Source of the DNA: a virus
Taxonomy: Duplodnaviria; Caudoviricetes
IMG/VR virus record: IMGVR_UViG_3300005918_000002
Span: 1 to 58,935 of that record
Direction: 5' to 3' (one strand)
DNA: 58,935 nt
Positions 9,057 through 18,506 of this stretch are shown in pieces. A model generated the notes under the pieces. It had not been told where the DNA came from. It searched no databases and worked only from the letters and a program-made list of their open reading frames with translations. A program made the position numbers and the translations under genes. Numbering within the stretch: position 1 is the first letter of the stretch; each line of letters starts with the position of its first letter.

Positions 9057-9911
9057 ATGAAAGGTGTTAAAGTTCTTGAAATAGCACCAAGGGGAGAAGT
9101 CGGCGGCGTTATAAGTGAAGCGCCTTTTGAGAATTTTAGAACCTCATTTGCGTGTGGAATGAAAGTTGAATTACCAGAAAATTCAGACTGGCAAGCGATC
9201 AGGGAAGAATTGTTAAACGATAATCAGCAAGCCTTAATGTTCCGGTTTGAATTATTAAAGAATAAATTGAAAGCCGATTACATTCAAAAACAAATGGCCG
9301 GGATTAGATTCAGGGAAAAAGAAGGCAGGCAATATCCTTCCGTTACTTCTATTCTGGGATTTGATAAAGATTTTTTCATCAGTGATGTTGACCTGACTCA
9401 ATACGGCGCACGGGGTAGCATTGTTCACAAACTGATTGAGCATTATTGTGATAACGGAAAATGGCTTGACCTTAAGGAACTCGTAGGCCTTTACCCGGAT
9501 TTCCGGGAGGATGCCAGTATCATGCACCGGGGAAATTTGGGATTAACCCTTGAAACATTATCATATGAAAAATTCATGGAAGTACACGAAAAGGATTTTG
9601 AATTTGGGATAAAGGAAATTATTATTTTTAATGATAAATATCTTTATTCCGGACGTACTGATATGATAGGTAAATACAAGGGCAAGAAATCAATCATTGA
9701 TTGGAAAAGCGGAGTGGGTGATTTCCCACAACTGGCAGCCTATGCGAAGGGTGACGACATCGAAGGTATCGAACAACTGGTAATTTGTCCTGTTGGCAAA
9801 ACGGATAACAAGAGCGGGGTAATGAAACCCAGGGTGACAATAAATATCGAAAAAGAATTCAACACATTCTTAAAAGCAAGGGCAAAATTTGCCGAAAGAT
9901 TTGGAATTTAA
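9057..9911 (+). CDS. PD-(D/E)XK nuclease-like exonuclease (recombination module)
   Basis: YPSVTSIL, RGSIVH, YSGRTD, IIDWKSG and QLAAY motifs. Confidence 0.8.
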   Translation: MKGVKVLEIAPRGEVGGVISEAPFENFRTSFACGMKVELPENSDWQAIREELLNDNQQALMFRFELLKNKLKADYIQKQMAGIRFREKEGRQYPSVTSILGFDKDFFISDVDLTQYGARGSIVHKLIEHYCDNGKWLDLKELVGLYPDFREDASIMHRGNLGLTLETLSYEKFMEVHEKDFEFGIKEIIIFNDKYLYSGRTDMIGKYKGKKSIIDWKSGVGDFPQLAAYAKGDDIEGIEQLVICPVGKTDNKSGVMKPRVTINIEKEFNTFLKARAKFAERFGI

Positions 9912-9924
9912 ACAGGAGATTAAA

Positions 9925-10230
9925 ATGTCAAAACCAATTAAAAAAATATCAGTAGGAAAAGTTCAAGCCGCCGTCTGGCAGGGAGAATATAATGGGAAAC
10001 CGACATATTCATTCAGTTTCCAGAAAAGTTTTAAAGATAAGGCTTCCGGGGAATGGAAAAATACAACCTTCTTTTCCCCTACAGACCTGAGAGACCTGGC
10101 AATTCTCGTAAACAGTCTATGTGCAAAACAGGTAAAAGAATTTATACCAAATCAGTCAACCGAGACCGCACCACCGCCGCCACCTGTTGAGCAAAGTCAA
10201 ACGCCCGCAGAAGACGATCTACCATTTTAA
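9925..10230 (+). CDS. Single-stranded DNA-binding-like protein
   Basis: Aromatic beta-rich core (KSFKDKASGEWKNTTFF), Pro-rich linker, acidic EDDLPF tail; follows the exonuclease. Confidence 0.65.
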   Translation: MSKPIKKISVGKVQAAVWQGEYNGKPTYSFSFQKSFKDKASGEWKNTTFFSPTDLRDLAILVNSLCAKQVKEFIPNQSTETAPPPPPVEQSQTPAEDDLPF

Positions 10231-10400
10231 AATTTGTAGTATCAAAAATGGTAAACTGTATCGACATGCTGGTGTTACGGCTCCCGGCATTAAAACCGAT
10301 GAAGACGGTCGTATATTAGTAGCTGATTGATAACGGCCTATTCAACGAAATAAGCCAGATTAAGAAAAGCCCTAACCTTTGTACCTAAAAAGGACGAAAG

Positions 10401-10805
10401 ATGCAGAAACCGATCAATCCGCTTGATACGGCCCGACAATACACACACCGTTGCACTGTATGCGGTAATTTCTTCTGCCGGGCTGATAAAAGGCGGGTTT
10501 TATATTGTGGTGATCCTTGCAGAGACGGGGCGGCGGCAGAACGGAAACAACAAAAACTCGAAAAGAAACGTGCCGCCGCCCGTAAAAGATTTGAAAAGTA
10601 TTTCGTCGCTCATCCTGATTACTGGAAACTGATTAAGGTACTTGCGAAATGGCGACTTGTGGAACATGGCTCATATTCCATCCGGGATATTTTCGGAGTT
10701 ATGCGACACGAATACAATGATCAGATTAGTAATAACTGGTCTAAGTTTTATAAGGAAAAACTTGATTATGAATTTAACAAGGGGAGTGAATCATGCGAGA
10801 AATAA
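10401..10805 (+). CDS. Zinc-finger-containing hypothetical protein
   Basis: CTVC...YCGDPC. Confidence 0.5.
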   Translation: MQKPINPLDTARQYTHRCTVCGNFFCRADKRRVLYCGDPCRDGAAAERKQQKLEKKRAAARKRFEKYFVAHPDYWKLIKVLAKWRLVEHGSYSIRDIFGVMRHEYNDQISNNWSKFYKEKLDYEFNKGSESCEK

Positions 10806-11215
10806 AGTTCAGGGGTAAACGACAAGATAATGGTAAATGGATTTATGGATACTATAGATGTATTCAATGGGAGATCGATAAATATTCTCATGAAATCATT
10901 AACGGAAATAGCTTCTTTAGGGTTGATCCCGAAACAGTAGGACAGTTTACAAATAAAATAGATACACATGAAAAAGATATTTATGAAGGTGATAAGGTTT
11001 CATTTACTGTATTTGACGCTATGGGTAGCGATAATCTATTTGAAGGTATTGTAAAATTTGCAGGCGGACAGTGGCAAATATGGAACAATGCTATAACAGA
11101 ATTTTATGGACCAGATGGAGCGTTTGATTTGAACTGGGTAGTTAGTCAAGATGATGAAATTGAAATTATCGGCAATATCCATGAGAATAAAACTCACGAG
11201 GAGAAAGTATCATGA
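10793..11215 (+). CDS. YopX family protein
   Basis: MREIKFRGK...ETVGQFT...DIYEGD...EIIGNIHEN. Confidence 0.85.
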   Translation: MREIKFRGKRQDNGKWIYGYYRCIQWEIDKYSHEIINGNSFFRVDPETVGQFTNKIDTHEKDIYEGDKVSFTVFDAMGSDNLFEGIVKFAGGQWQIWNNAITEFYGPDGAFDLNWVVSQDDEIEIIGNIHENKTHEEKVS

Positions 11216-11634
11216 TTTATATATGTATAGGCATATTTGTTGTCAGTCTTGTTTTAGGATTTTCGATAATGGCAATATTGGCAAGTGGAAGCATTGCCGA
11301 TAAAGCACAAGAGCTTGGACACGCAAAACATGTCCTTGCTAAAATTCTACGCTGGTACGAATCCAAAGCCCTACGAGATTCATTCCCGAAGGAAGAAGCG
11401 GAAGATATCTTATATCATGTTTGACCACTGCGAAATAATCAATGCCATTTGTCCGTTCTGCGGGATCGCAGAAGGCAAGCACTTTTGTGGAACTATGCGA
11501 AGCGGTTGTACAGACATCGATTACATGATCAAGAATGAAATCGGCTGCCCAAAGATTACCGGGAAATATGGTAAACTGATTAAACATAAAAAAAAAGTTG
11601 TTAACGATGGTGATTTATTTAAAGGGGATTTATA

Positions 11635-11991
11635 ATGCCTGATGTAATAAAAACGTCCGAAGAAATAGACCATAAAATAAAGCAACTCGAATCAGGCCGA
11701 AAGGAATTAAACAACCGTGCAATAGATAAGGCCGAAGCAATGGGGATTTATCGCAAGGAAGTTGCGAAAACTTTAATAGGATTACGTAACGGTAAAACAT
11801 ACGAACTTGACGGCGAATCAATACAAAATCCACCGGCCTCTACGTCTGCATCGATCGCAAGGGGAATTTGTTGGAAGGAAAAGATTGAATCTAACAAGTC
11901 CGAAGGGTTATATAAGATTGCTATTATCGGCATGCAGTCTTTAATGGCCGAGCTGAATGGCAAGCAAAGTATTTTAAGATTTATTGAATAA
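11635..11991 (+). CDS. Hypothetical coiled-coil protein
   Basis: RBS; helical composition. Confidence 0.5.
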   Translation: MPDVIKTSEEIDHKIKQLESGRKELNNRAIDKAEAMGIYRKEVAKTLIGLRNGKTYELDGESIQNPPASTSASIARGICWKEKIESNKSEGLYKIAIIGMQSLMAELNGKQSILRFIE

Positions 11992-11995
11992 TCGC

Positions 11996-12024
11996 TTGAC
12001 ATTGACGAAATGATTTTGTAACTT
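11996..12024 (+). promoter_or_regulatory. Sigma70-like promoter
   Basis: TTGACA-N17-TAACTT. Confidence 0.55.
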
Positions 12025-12030
12025 GTTTTT

Positions 12031-12143
12031 GTACGGCGAATCGCAAGAAGGGAACTTAAAAAATGTATAAATTTCAGGCCATTCAAAATTACTTAAGTTC
12101 CTGCATTTCGTCGTGCGGCTTTCGGTTTTGAGTGGCCTGTTTT
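12031..12143 (+). promoter_or_regulatory. Structured leader / candidate attenuator upstream of the replication genes
   Basis: CAGGCCATTCAAAA/TTTTGAGTGGCCTG stem plus T-run; its loop is complementary to 12031-12059. Confidence 0.5.
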
Positions 12144-12479
12144 AATTTAAGATAGAGGTGATACATGGGAGAAATGGCAGACATGATGATTGACGGAACG
12201 CTATGCGAATATTGTGGCGTATATTTAGAACCGGGTGAAACGGTGTATCAGGAAGGTGATAAGAAAAAATCAAGGATGCCCAAAGATGGTACCGGCTTTG
12301 GATGTCCTGTAATATGTAAGAATTGTCATAAATAATACGGGAAGTGGCCAGTTGTATATTGCTGGAAAAGGTTTTACGGTTACCCCATAGTTAAAGAGGT
12401 AAAGCATGATACCATAATCAAAATCGTTTTTAAGTTGTTATGGTATAAAACAATCATGAAAGTTAAGAAAGGAAACATC

Positions 12480-12785
12480 ATGAAAATTAAAAGACTTATA
12501 ATCGCGATGTTGTGTTTAGTCCTGATAGTCCCCATTGTTGGACAGTCGGTATTAACAATCATATCAGACAAAACAGCACCGAAGAAATTCGAGGTTACGC
12601 TCACGGTAACCTATAATGCTATCACCCTAAAAGATGCAGCCGAAAAGGAATTGCAATTCAGGGAGAAGTACAAAGACGCTTGCAAGGTAGACATTACCCT
12701 TTCTGCTGTTGTTTCCGCTGGTTATATTAGTATAGGTGAGGCTGGTTATATTTATACAGGTGAAACAAATACGATAAGTCATTAA
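12480..12785 (+). CDS. Secreted hypothetical protein
   Basis: Signal-peptide-like MKIKRLIIAMLCLVLIVPIVG-Q. Confidence 0.55.
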   Translation: MKIKRLIIAMLCLVLIVPIVGQSVLTIISDKTAPKKFEVTLTVTYNAITLKDAAEKELQFREKYKDACKVDITLSAVVSAGYISIGEAGYIYTGETNTISH

Positions 12786-12796
12786 TGGAGTAAAGC

Positions 12797-13222
12797 ATGA
12801 ATACAAAAACATTATTTAATTTGTTAAGATCAGATGGGTGCATAGTAGTAAACAAGACATTGGCAAAAAATATAGGTATTAATGCCGCTATTATGTATTC
12901 AGAATTATTAAGTAAGTATTATTATTTTAGCGATAACAATATGCTTACGGAAACGGGAATGTTTTTTAATACGATTGAAGATATAGAAAAAGACACAACA
13001 TTAACAGGTTATCAACAGCGCAAAGCGATTTATAAATTATTCAAATTAGATTTAATAGAAGTTCAGGTTACCGGAATGCCAGCGCGGCGTTATTTTAAGA
13101 TCATGCAGAACATGAAAAATGTGGAAACATTACTCAATCCCAGTTATAAAGAAACTTCACGGCAGGTAGTAAAGAAACTTGACGGTAATAATACTAAGAA
13201 CAATACTAAGGGAAATATATAA
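12797..13222 (+). CDS. Phage replication initiator-like protein (N-terminal winged helix)
   Basis: NKTLAKNIGINAAIMYSEL...FFNTIEDIEKDTTL..QQRKAI..GMPARRYF pattern. Confidence 0.7.
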   Translation: MNTKTLFNLLRSDGCIVVNKTLAKNIGINAAIMYSELLSKYYYFSDNNMLTETGMFFNTIEDIEKDTTLTGYQQRKAIYKLFKLDLIEVQVTGMPARRYFKIMQNMKNVETLLNPSYKETSRQVVKKLDGNNTKNNTKGNI

Positions 13223-13285
13223 ATACTAAGAAACGTATTTATATATTTACGCAAGCGTACAAATAACTAATACAAAAGAGGAAAC

Positions 13286-13576
13286 ATGACAAAAGCAGAA
13301 CAAACCCGACGGGAACAGATGGAGGATATTATTATTCGCCTGTCCGTTCTAACTGAAAAAGAATCCGCCAGACTTTGGGGAATGGCCGGAAAGTTCTGGA
13401 ATGAATACGGGTACGCCGAAACTATGCGGGTGCTGGCTGGAATTTGGCCGGTGAAACCCATTGCATATATTTGTGGAGTATTAAAATCGGAAGAACTGAA
13501 AACAGTTGACCTGTCAACCATGCAGCTCCCGCAAGAGGTGTATGATAATCTTGGTGGGTTTGGAGGTGTAAAATAA
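13286..13576 (+). CDS. Hypothetical protein (possible replication accessory)
   Basis: GAGG RBS; KPIAYICGVLK motif. Confidence 0.45.
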   Translation: MTKAEQTRREQMEDIIIRLSVLTEKESARLWGMAGKFWNEYGYAETMRVLAGIWPVKPIAYICGVLKSEELKTVDLSTMQLPQEVYDNLGGFGGVK

Positions 13577-13578
13577 TG

Positions 13579-13642
13579 CACTAACGTTGTAGATATAATT
13601 GGTGGATGGTTTTCACCATCCATTTCATATCGCTTGTTATGT
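13579..13642. mobile_element. attC-like site A
   Basis: CACTAAC...GATATAA/TT-C-ATATC...GTTATGT around a TGGATGGT/ACCATCCA hairpin; near-identical to site I. Confidence 0.75.
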
Positions 13643-13670
13643 TGCACAATGAAAGAACCGGAGATTATGT

Positions 13671-14486
13671 ATGATTGAAAGTAACGATAAAAGAGATTCT
13701 GTGGGTGGGGGTAGTTCCCTTTCCCCTGCTTGTACTCTTTTGCTCGGCGATTGTTTGGAAGTAATGAAGGATATACCAGACGGATCAATAGATGCGATTA
13801 TAACAGACCCGCCTTATGGAACTACTGCTTGTAAATGGGATAGTATTATTCCCTTAGAACCTATGTGGGGGCAGTTAAAGCGGGTCATCAAGCCGAACGG
13901 TGCTATCGTTATGACAGCAAGCCAGCCGTTCACCACAACCCTGATAGCGTCTAATATGAAGATGTTTAAGTATTGCTGGGTGTGGGATAAGCGAGTAGCA
14001 TCTAATTCTCAGCTTGCTAAGATTCAGCCACTAAAGATTCACGAAGATATTTGTGTTTTTGGTGTCGGCAGAATCACATACAATCCACAAGGTCTTACTG
14101 ATTGCAATATAAGCAAGAGTAATAAGAACAGAAGTAAAGGAGTTGGTCACGTTGGCAGTGAATCAAAAAGGGAAAGTTTTACCCAAACAAAAACAGGCTA
14201 TCCTAAGTCAATCCAAAACTTTAAGCCAAATAATATCGGCAAAATGCACCCAACTCAAAAGCCAGTAGCCCTAATGGAGTATCTAATTAAAACATATACT
14301 AACGAGAATGAAACAGTATTAGATTTTGCAATGGGAAGCGGAACAACTGGCGTAGCGTGTAAGAATCTAAATCGTAATTTCATAGGCATAGAAAAAGAAG
14401 AGAAGTATTTCAACATTTCAAAGGATCGTATTTCCCTAATCCCTAAAGGGGGTGGGAATTGCGATCAAACAGCATTAGCAATATAA
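13671..14486 (+). CDS. DNA N6-adenine/N4-cytosine methyltransferase (beta class)
   Basis: GDCLEVM, DPPY, HPTQKP and LDFAMGSGTT motifs. Confidence 0.93.
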   Translation: MIESNDKRDSVGGGSSLSPACTLLLGDCLEVMKDIPDGSIDAIITDPPYGTTACKWDSIIPLEPMWGQLKRVIKPNGAIVMTASQPFTTTLIASNMKMFKYCWVWDKRVASNSQLAKIQPLKIHEDICVFGVGRITYNPQGLTDCNISKSNKNRSKGVGHVGSESKRESFTQTKTGYPKSIQNFKPNNIGKMHPTQKPVALMEYLIKTYTNENETVLDFAMGSGTTGVACKNLNRNFIGIEKEEKYFNISKDRISLIPKGGGNCDQTALAI

Positions 14487-14538
14487 CCATTTCATAACCT
14501 GCCATGTTTCACCGGTCAGGTTGATGAACAGGTTAGAA
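14481..14538. mobile_element. attC-like site B
   Basis: ATATAAC..TTCAT-AACCTG-CC / GG-T-CAGGTT-G-ATGAA..GTTAGAA; MTase stop codon lies within TAAC. Confidence 0.85.
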
Positions 14539-14589
14539 AAATAATAAAAAAGAATGGTAAATATTAATCACAACAGGTGGAGGGGCAAA

Positions 14590-14874
14590 ATGAAATTCAG
14601 TATGAGAATTGGCGATTTTGAATTGAAATCATGTAATCAATATTTAACATCACTTGGTGAACACACAACAGCAGAAATAGTTCAATGGTCAAAAGATGAG
14701 ACAACGGGGAGGCTTTATTGTTGGACTATTGCATGCTGGCGTGAAGACAAAGAGGGATTTGATTTATATTTTATAGATAGTAGACCGTTTGAATGTGATG
14801 CCGAAACATTTTTTAAATTAGCAAAAACGGGACAAATATTTTTAACGGAATATCTGGAAAAGAAGTCAAGTTGA
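14590..14874 (+). CDS. Hypothetical protein
   Basis: GGAGGGG RBS; flanked by an 18-bp imperfect direct repeat. Confidence 0.55.
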   Translation: MKFSMRIGDFELKSCNQYLTSLGEHTTAEIVQWSKDETTGRLYCWTIACWREDKEGFDLYFIDSRPFECDAETFFKLAKTGQIFLTEYLEKKSS

Positions 14875-15135
14875 CATTAATCATAACAGGTAGGGAGGTG
14901 AGATAATTTGAGCTATATAATAACTGCGGATGTCTATTTAGACGAAGAAGAGAATTCATATGGTGAAATTGTAAAAGTAAATGCACGGATTTTATCTAAA
15001 CAGGGATCTTGTATAACTTTTGATATTGCCGGAGATCATTCGAGAAAACGAAAAAGAACAAAGATGTTGTGTGATACACTTATAAATGCAGGGTTTTATT
15101 CATTTAATATACGGCATTCTTATTAAAGGGCAAAT

Positions 15136-16368
15136 ATGACAACAATTTTTGACAATCCTCCACCCCAAGCAATTGATGCGGAAATGTCCGTGCTTGGATC
15201 AATACTGCTTGACAATAAAGTAATAAATATTGTAAAGCTATTACCAAAGCATTTTTACAGAACTTCGCATCGCCAGATATTTCAAGCTATGTTAAACATG
15301 GATAACCAGCCTATTGATATTATCTCGCTTGAGGAGCAGTTGAAAAAAGAAAAGTTGCTTGAAGAAATTGGCGGTTCATATTATCTAACAGAGCTTGCAG
15401 AATCCGTTCCCTCTGCGGCCAATGTTTATGAACATGTGAAAATCGTAATGGAAAAATATACACTAAGGCAAATAATTGAACTGGCATATAACGCAACTAA
15501 GGAAGCGAACGACCTTAATGAGTCAGGCGCAATAATAGATTCATTCTGTAATAAACTTGTTGAGCTATCAATTGCAGAGGTTAGGTCTGATCACATATCA
15601 GAGGCCTTGCATGAATTTAATGATTATGTAGACAGGAAACAAGCTGGCGAAATTGTAGACGTAAAAGTTCCGTTCATTGATAATTTTGAGGAAGGTGAAG
15701 TTATTGTTTTGGCGGCACGTCCCAGTCACGGTAAAACTTCGCTTGCTACCCAGATACTTTTTGAGTGTAATGTTCCGGCTGGTTTAATATCAATGGAAAG
15801 CACAAGAAAAAAAATAGCCGGTAGGATGTTGGCGCAACTTTCGCGAATTGATTCTAAAAAATTAAGTAGGGGAATGCTTGAGGGTGCAGACGTTGCGAGT
15901 GTAATTCAGGCATCCACCGAATTGGCAGAAGCACCAATATATCTTGATTTTGCATCTGATAAGATTTATGAAGTATTGGCTACTGGTCATAGATGGATAA
16001 AAGAACACAATATAAAATTATTAATCATTGATTATCTTCAGCTGATACGTGGAGGTAAAAGCGAAAGTAAGAATATAGAGATTGAAAATATTTCCAGGTC
16101 TTTGATGAGATTTGCAAAAAGAACCGGTGTACCCTTATTGATTTTATCACAATTAAGCCGGGATGGAAAGGTTAAACCGGGGCTTGAACATTTACGAGGT
16201 TCAGGAGCAATTGAGCAGGATGCCGACAGGGTTATATTTATTCGTCGACTTCACATCGAAAATGTCAGTGAGGTAATAATTGAAACGGCGAAATATAGAG
16301 ATGGTGAAATCGGCGAAATACTATTACATTTTAGGAAGGAAATGATGTTGTTTAATAAAGATTTTTAA
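15136..16368 (+). CDS. dnaB: Replicative DNA helicase DnaB-like
   Basis: PPQAIDAEMSVLGSIL N-terminus, AARPSHGKT, IIDYLQL, LSQLSR and LRGSGAIEQDAD motifs. Confidence 0.95.
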   Translation: MTTIFDNPPPQAIDAEMSVLGSILLDNKVINIVKLLPKHFYRTSHRQIFQAMLNMDNQPIDIISLEEQLKKEKLLEEIGGSYYLTELAESVPSAANVYEHVKIVMEKYTLRQIIELAYNATKEANDLNESGAIIDSFCNKLVELSIAEVRSDHISEALHEFNDYVDRKQAGEIVDVKVPFIDNFEEGEVIVLAARPSHGKTSLATQILFECNVPAGLISMESTRKKIAGRMLAQLSRIDSKKLSRGMLEGADVASVIQASTELAEAPIYLDFASDKIYEVLATGHRWIKEHNIKLLIIDYLQLIRGGKSESKNIEIENISRSLMRFAKRTGVPLLILSQLSRDGKVKPGLEHLRGSGAIEQDADRVIFIRRLHIENVSEVIIETAKYRDGEIGEILLHFRKEMMLFNKDF

Positions 16369-16411
16369 AGTGAAAATAAAACTTGTTTTTTAATAAAACC
16401 TAGGGGTGTAA

Positions 16412-16633
16412 TGATAACGTTCAAAGATAACCTGCCTTGCGGTGGTCGGGCATAATTGAAAGGATTTAATGATATGGATATAGTTGATGCACTTCAAGAG
16501 TATTTAGACAAAACAAATCTTGGGAATAATTTACTTTTAGATGATTTATTGTGTTCATCGAGGGATGTTATCAAAGAGTTGAGGGAGGCGGGGCAAGGTG
16601 AGTTGGGCGGTAATCAAGATGGGGTGGTTATTG
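16412..16633. mobile_element. attC-like site C (long loop, degenerate right arm)
   Basis: Left arm TGATAACGTTCAAAGATAACCTG matches site F from AAC onward; CCTTGC/GCAAGG pairing; right box GTTATTG at 16627. Confidence 0.5.
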
Positions 16634-16785
16634 ATATAAAGACGGCATTTGCTTTAGCGCACCCGAATATGTTTAGACCTGAACCGGTGTATGGTTGCAA
16701 GGCATGTAATCGACAAGTCGTACTTGAGAGTGACGACTATTGCCCAAAGTGTGGTGTAAAAATAACTTGGGTGGGAAAATCTTGA
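16474..16785 (+). CDS. Hypothetical protein with C-terminal zinc ribbon; starts inside the loop of site C
   Basis: CKAC...YCPKCG. Confidence 0.55.
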   Translation: MDIVDALQEYLDKTNLGNNLLLDDLLCSSRDVIKELREAGQGELGGNQDGVVIDIKTAFALAHPNMFRPEPVYGCKACNRQVVLESDDYCPKCGVKITWVGKS

Positions 16786-16789
16786 TTCC

Positions 16790-16865
16790 GAATAACAGTT
16801 ATATTCACCGGCGGAAGGCTGGGACGTGGGCGGAAGGGCCGTCCGTGTACAATATTTGGTTATCT
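16790..16865. mobile_element. attC-like site D
   Basis: GAATAAC..ATATTCACCGGCGG / CCGTCCGTGTA-C-AATAT..GTTATCT. Confidence 0.65.
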
Positions 16866-16902
16866 TTTTCGCCCCTAATCCCTAAGTTAATCAATAAATG
16901 TC

Positions 16903-16931
16903 TTGACATTAACAAATGATATATGTATATT
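16903..16931 (+). promoter_or_regulatory. Sigma70-like promoter
   Basis: TTGACA-N17-TATATT. Confidence 0.7.
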
Positions 16932-16940
16932 AAAATAACG

Positions 16941-17176
16941 AAAAATTGAGGGGAAAACGTAATTGAGATCATTGGGAAATTTGGACGCGCAACTTGTTGA
17001 AAGGTTATAGTAGCGAGTAGCAGCCATGTGCCATAGGCAATCTTGGCCCCGTATGGGTAGCAAATTAACCGGAAGGACAAGCTCTGTGAAGACTGGATAG
17101 CAGCCGACGAACAACTCGGAAATTCCCCAGCGAACGAGCCAACACAAAATGGTACTGAGGACACCCCTCAATTTTT
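16941..17176 (+). ncRNA. Candidate structured ncRNA (~236 nt), family unassigned
   Basis: Begins about 10 nt after the -10 box; perfect 13-bp closing stem AAAAATTGAGGGG/CCCCTCAATTTTT; GC-richer than flanks; no + strand ORF in the ORF track. Confidence 0.55.
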
Positions 17177-17191
17177 ATTAAGGAAAATTAA

Positions 17192-17341
17192 ATGCCAGCA
17201 CCTAAAAAGAAGCATCCAAAACAGCCATTAGGAATTCGCCTTCACCCTTTCATAATTAAGCGGTTAAGAAAAGAGGGTAAATATAATGCACTTATTCAGC
17301 GTTTATTATGTGAATATTTCGGTATAGACCTTGGCGAATAA
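17192..17341 (+). CDS. Ribbon-helix-helix-like small DNA-binding protein, 49 aa (not in ORF track)
   Basis: MPAPKKKHPKQPLGIRLHPFIIKRLRKEG...LCEYFGIDL; paralogous to the ORFs at 19900 and 21591. Confidence 0.6.
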   Translation: MPAPKKKHPKQPLGIRLHPFIIKRLRKEGKYNALIQRLLCEYFGIDLGE

Positions 17342-17487
17342 ATATAACGACCCAAATAACCGGCTTTGCCGGGAAGGGAATTTAAAATGAGTTTATTTGA
17401 CGAGGCTACCGAAAGAATGTTAGACGACGAAGAGAGAGAGAGGATATTGGCGGCGGAGCAAAGTCCGTGTTCATTACCGTGTTCTAC
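17342..17487. mobile_element. attC-like site E (ORF start in loop)
   Basis: ATATAAC..AAT-AACCGG-CTTTGC / GCAAAG-T-CCGTGTT-C-ATT..GTTCTAC. Confidence 0.75.
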
Positions 17488-17695
17488 AGGGGATAGTCGG
17501 GACGGGAAGGGTGGCCTTAAAAATGGTGGGTGGTTTAAGAATGAACGCGAAAGTAAGGTGCCGTGCAGGAATTGCCGTTGTCCACATTGGGGTGACAAAT
17601 ACAATCAAAGTTGTGGTGCGTCTGATATAATAAGTGAAAAATGCGCAATGATTTGTGAGGAATACATACCGAAAAGATTGGTGGGGGATTTTTAA
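17387..17695 (+). CDS. Cys-rich hypothetical protein starting in the loop of site E
   Basis: GGGAAGGG RBS and ATG 17387; reads through the right arm of the site. Confidence 0.55.
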   Translation: MSLFDEATERMLDDEERERILAAEQSPCSLPCSTGDSRDGKGGLKNGGWFKNERESKVPCRNCRCPHWGDKYNQSCGASDIISEKCAMICEEYIPKRLVGDF

Positions 17696-17699
17696 GTGT

Positions 17700-17921
17700 G
17701 TAGAACGTTCAAAGATAACCTGCGAAATGGCGGGGGAAGGAATTGGAAAAGATGGATTTAGATAAAAAATATTATACCAGTGAATACATTGAATGTAATA
17801 TACTTCAACTCGTAAAAATGGAACCAGAGTGGGCGGCTTATAGGATACAAGCAGGAGAGAAAGCAATTGAACAGCTTGAGGGTGAGGCGGGGATTTCGTC
17901 AGGTTCATCTAGTGGTTCTAC
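17700..17921. mobile_element. attC-like site F (ORF start in loop)
   Basis: GTAGAAC..AGAT-AACCTG-CGAAAT / ATTTCG-T-CAGGTT-C-ATCT..GTTCTAC. Confidence 0.85.
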
Positions 17922-18219
17922 AGTGGGGGGCGGTGTGGTGATGGATGGCATTAAAAAATTCATGGGTGGAAGGGCTTGTTTAAAGATTGGCGATGGATCA
18001 ACACTTATCAGTGAAGCCCATTATAAGGACAGTATTGATAATGTCCTCGTATTGACGCAATATCACGAGTGTAGAAAAATAGGGTCAGAGCTAAAAGGTT
18101 CTGCCGGCAACCCTGCTACCAACAACGGCACAGTACTTGAAATAGTATTTACAAACTCCACTTCTGTACAAGTTGTAATAGACGCACTAGTTAAAATAAA
18201 AGCGGCCCTTGGGGAATGA
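17752..18219 (+). CDS. Hypothetical protein starting in the loop of site F
   Basis: ORF reads through the right arm (GISSGSSSGST). Confidence 0.55.
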   Translation: MDLDKKYYTSEYIECNILQLVKMEPEWAAYRIQAGEKAIEQLEGEAGISSGSSSGSTVGGGVVMDGIKKFMGGRACLKIGDGSTLISEAHYKDSIDNVLVLTQYHECRKIGSELKGSAGNPATNNGTVLEIVFTNSTSVQVVIDALVKIKAALGE

Positions 18220-18231
18220 ATTATTTAATGT

Positions 18232-18289
18232 GTAGAACCACTTCATAACCTGCCACGTTTCACCGGTCAGGTTGATGAACATGTTAGAA
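18232..18289. mobile_element. attC-like site G
   Basis: Near-identical to site B; GTAGAAC...GTTAGAA. Confidence 0.85.
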
Positions 18290-18310
18290 AATCGGAGAGG
18301 AGTAATTATT

Positions 18311-18505
18311 ATGAGTTGCTGGACAAAAGAAGAACTGGAAAACATGCTTGAAGATGTTGTTAATGAGTTAGAGTTGTCCGGTTCTATATTAGAAGAACAT
18401 GGGCCATTAGGAACACCGCCAGCTGAATTGGTTAGGCTTGTATTGGATGAGAAGGATAAAATCATATCAGCACAAAAAGCCGGATTAAAAATTATATTTT
18501 CTTAA
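18311..18505 (+). CDS. Hypothetical protein (cassette G-H)
   Basis: GAGGAG RBS and ATG 18311. Confidence 0.55.
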   Translation: MSCWTKEELENMLEDVVNELELSGSILEEHGPLGTPPAELVRLVLDEKDKIISAQKAGLKIIFS

Positions 18506-18506
18506 C

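Noticed and set aside
10290-10352. Hammerhead-like CCGATGAAG...CGAAA
   Set aside because: Lacks the CUGANGA core and convincing flanking stems.
17060-17110. SRP RNA call from CCGGAAGGA and AGCAGCC
   Set aside because: The motifs are not contiguous as in SRP helix 8; left as an unassigned ncRNA.
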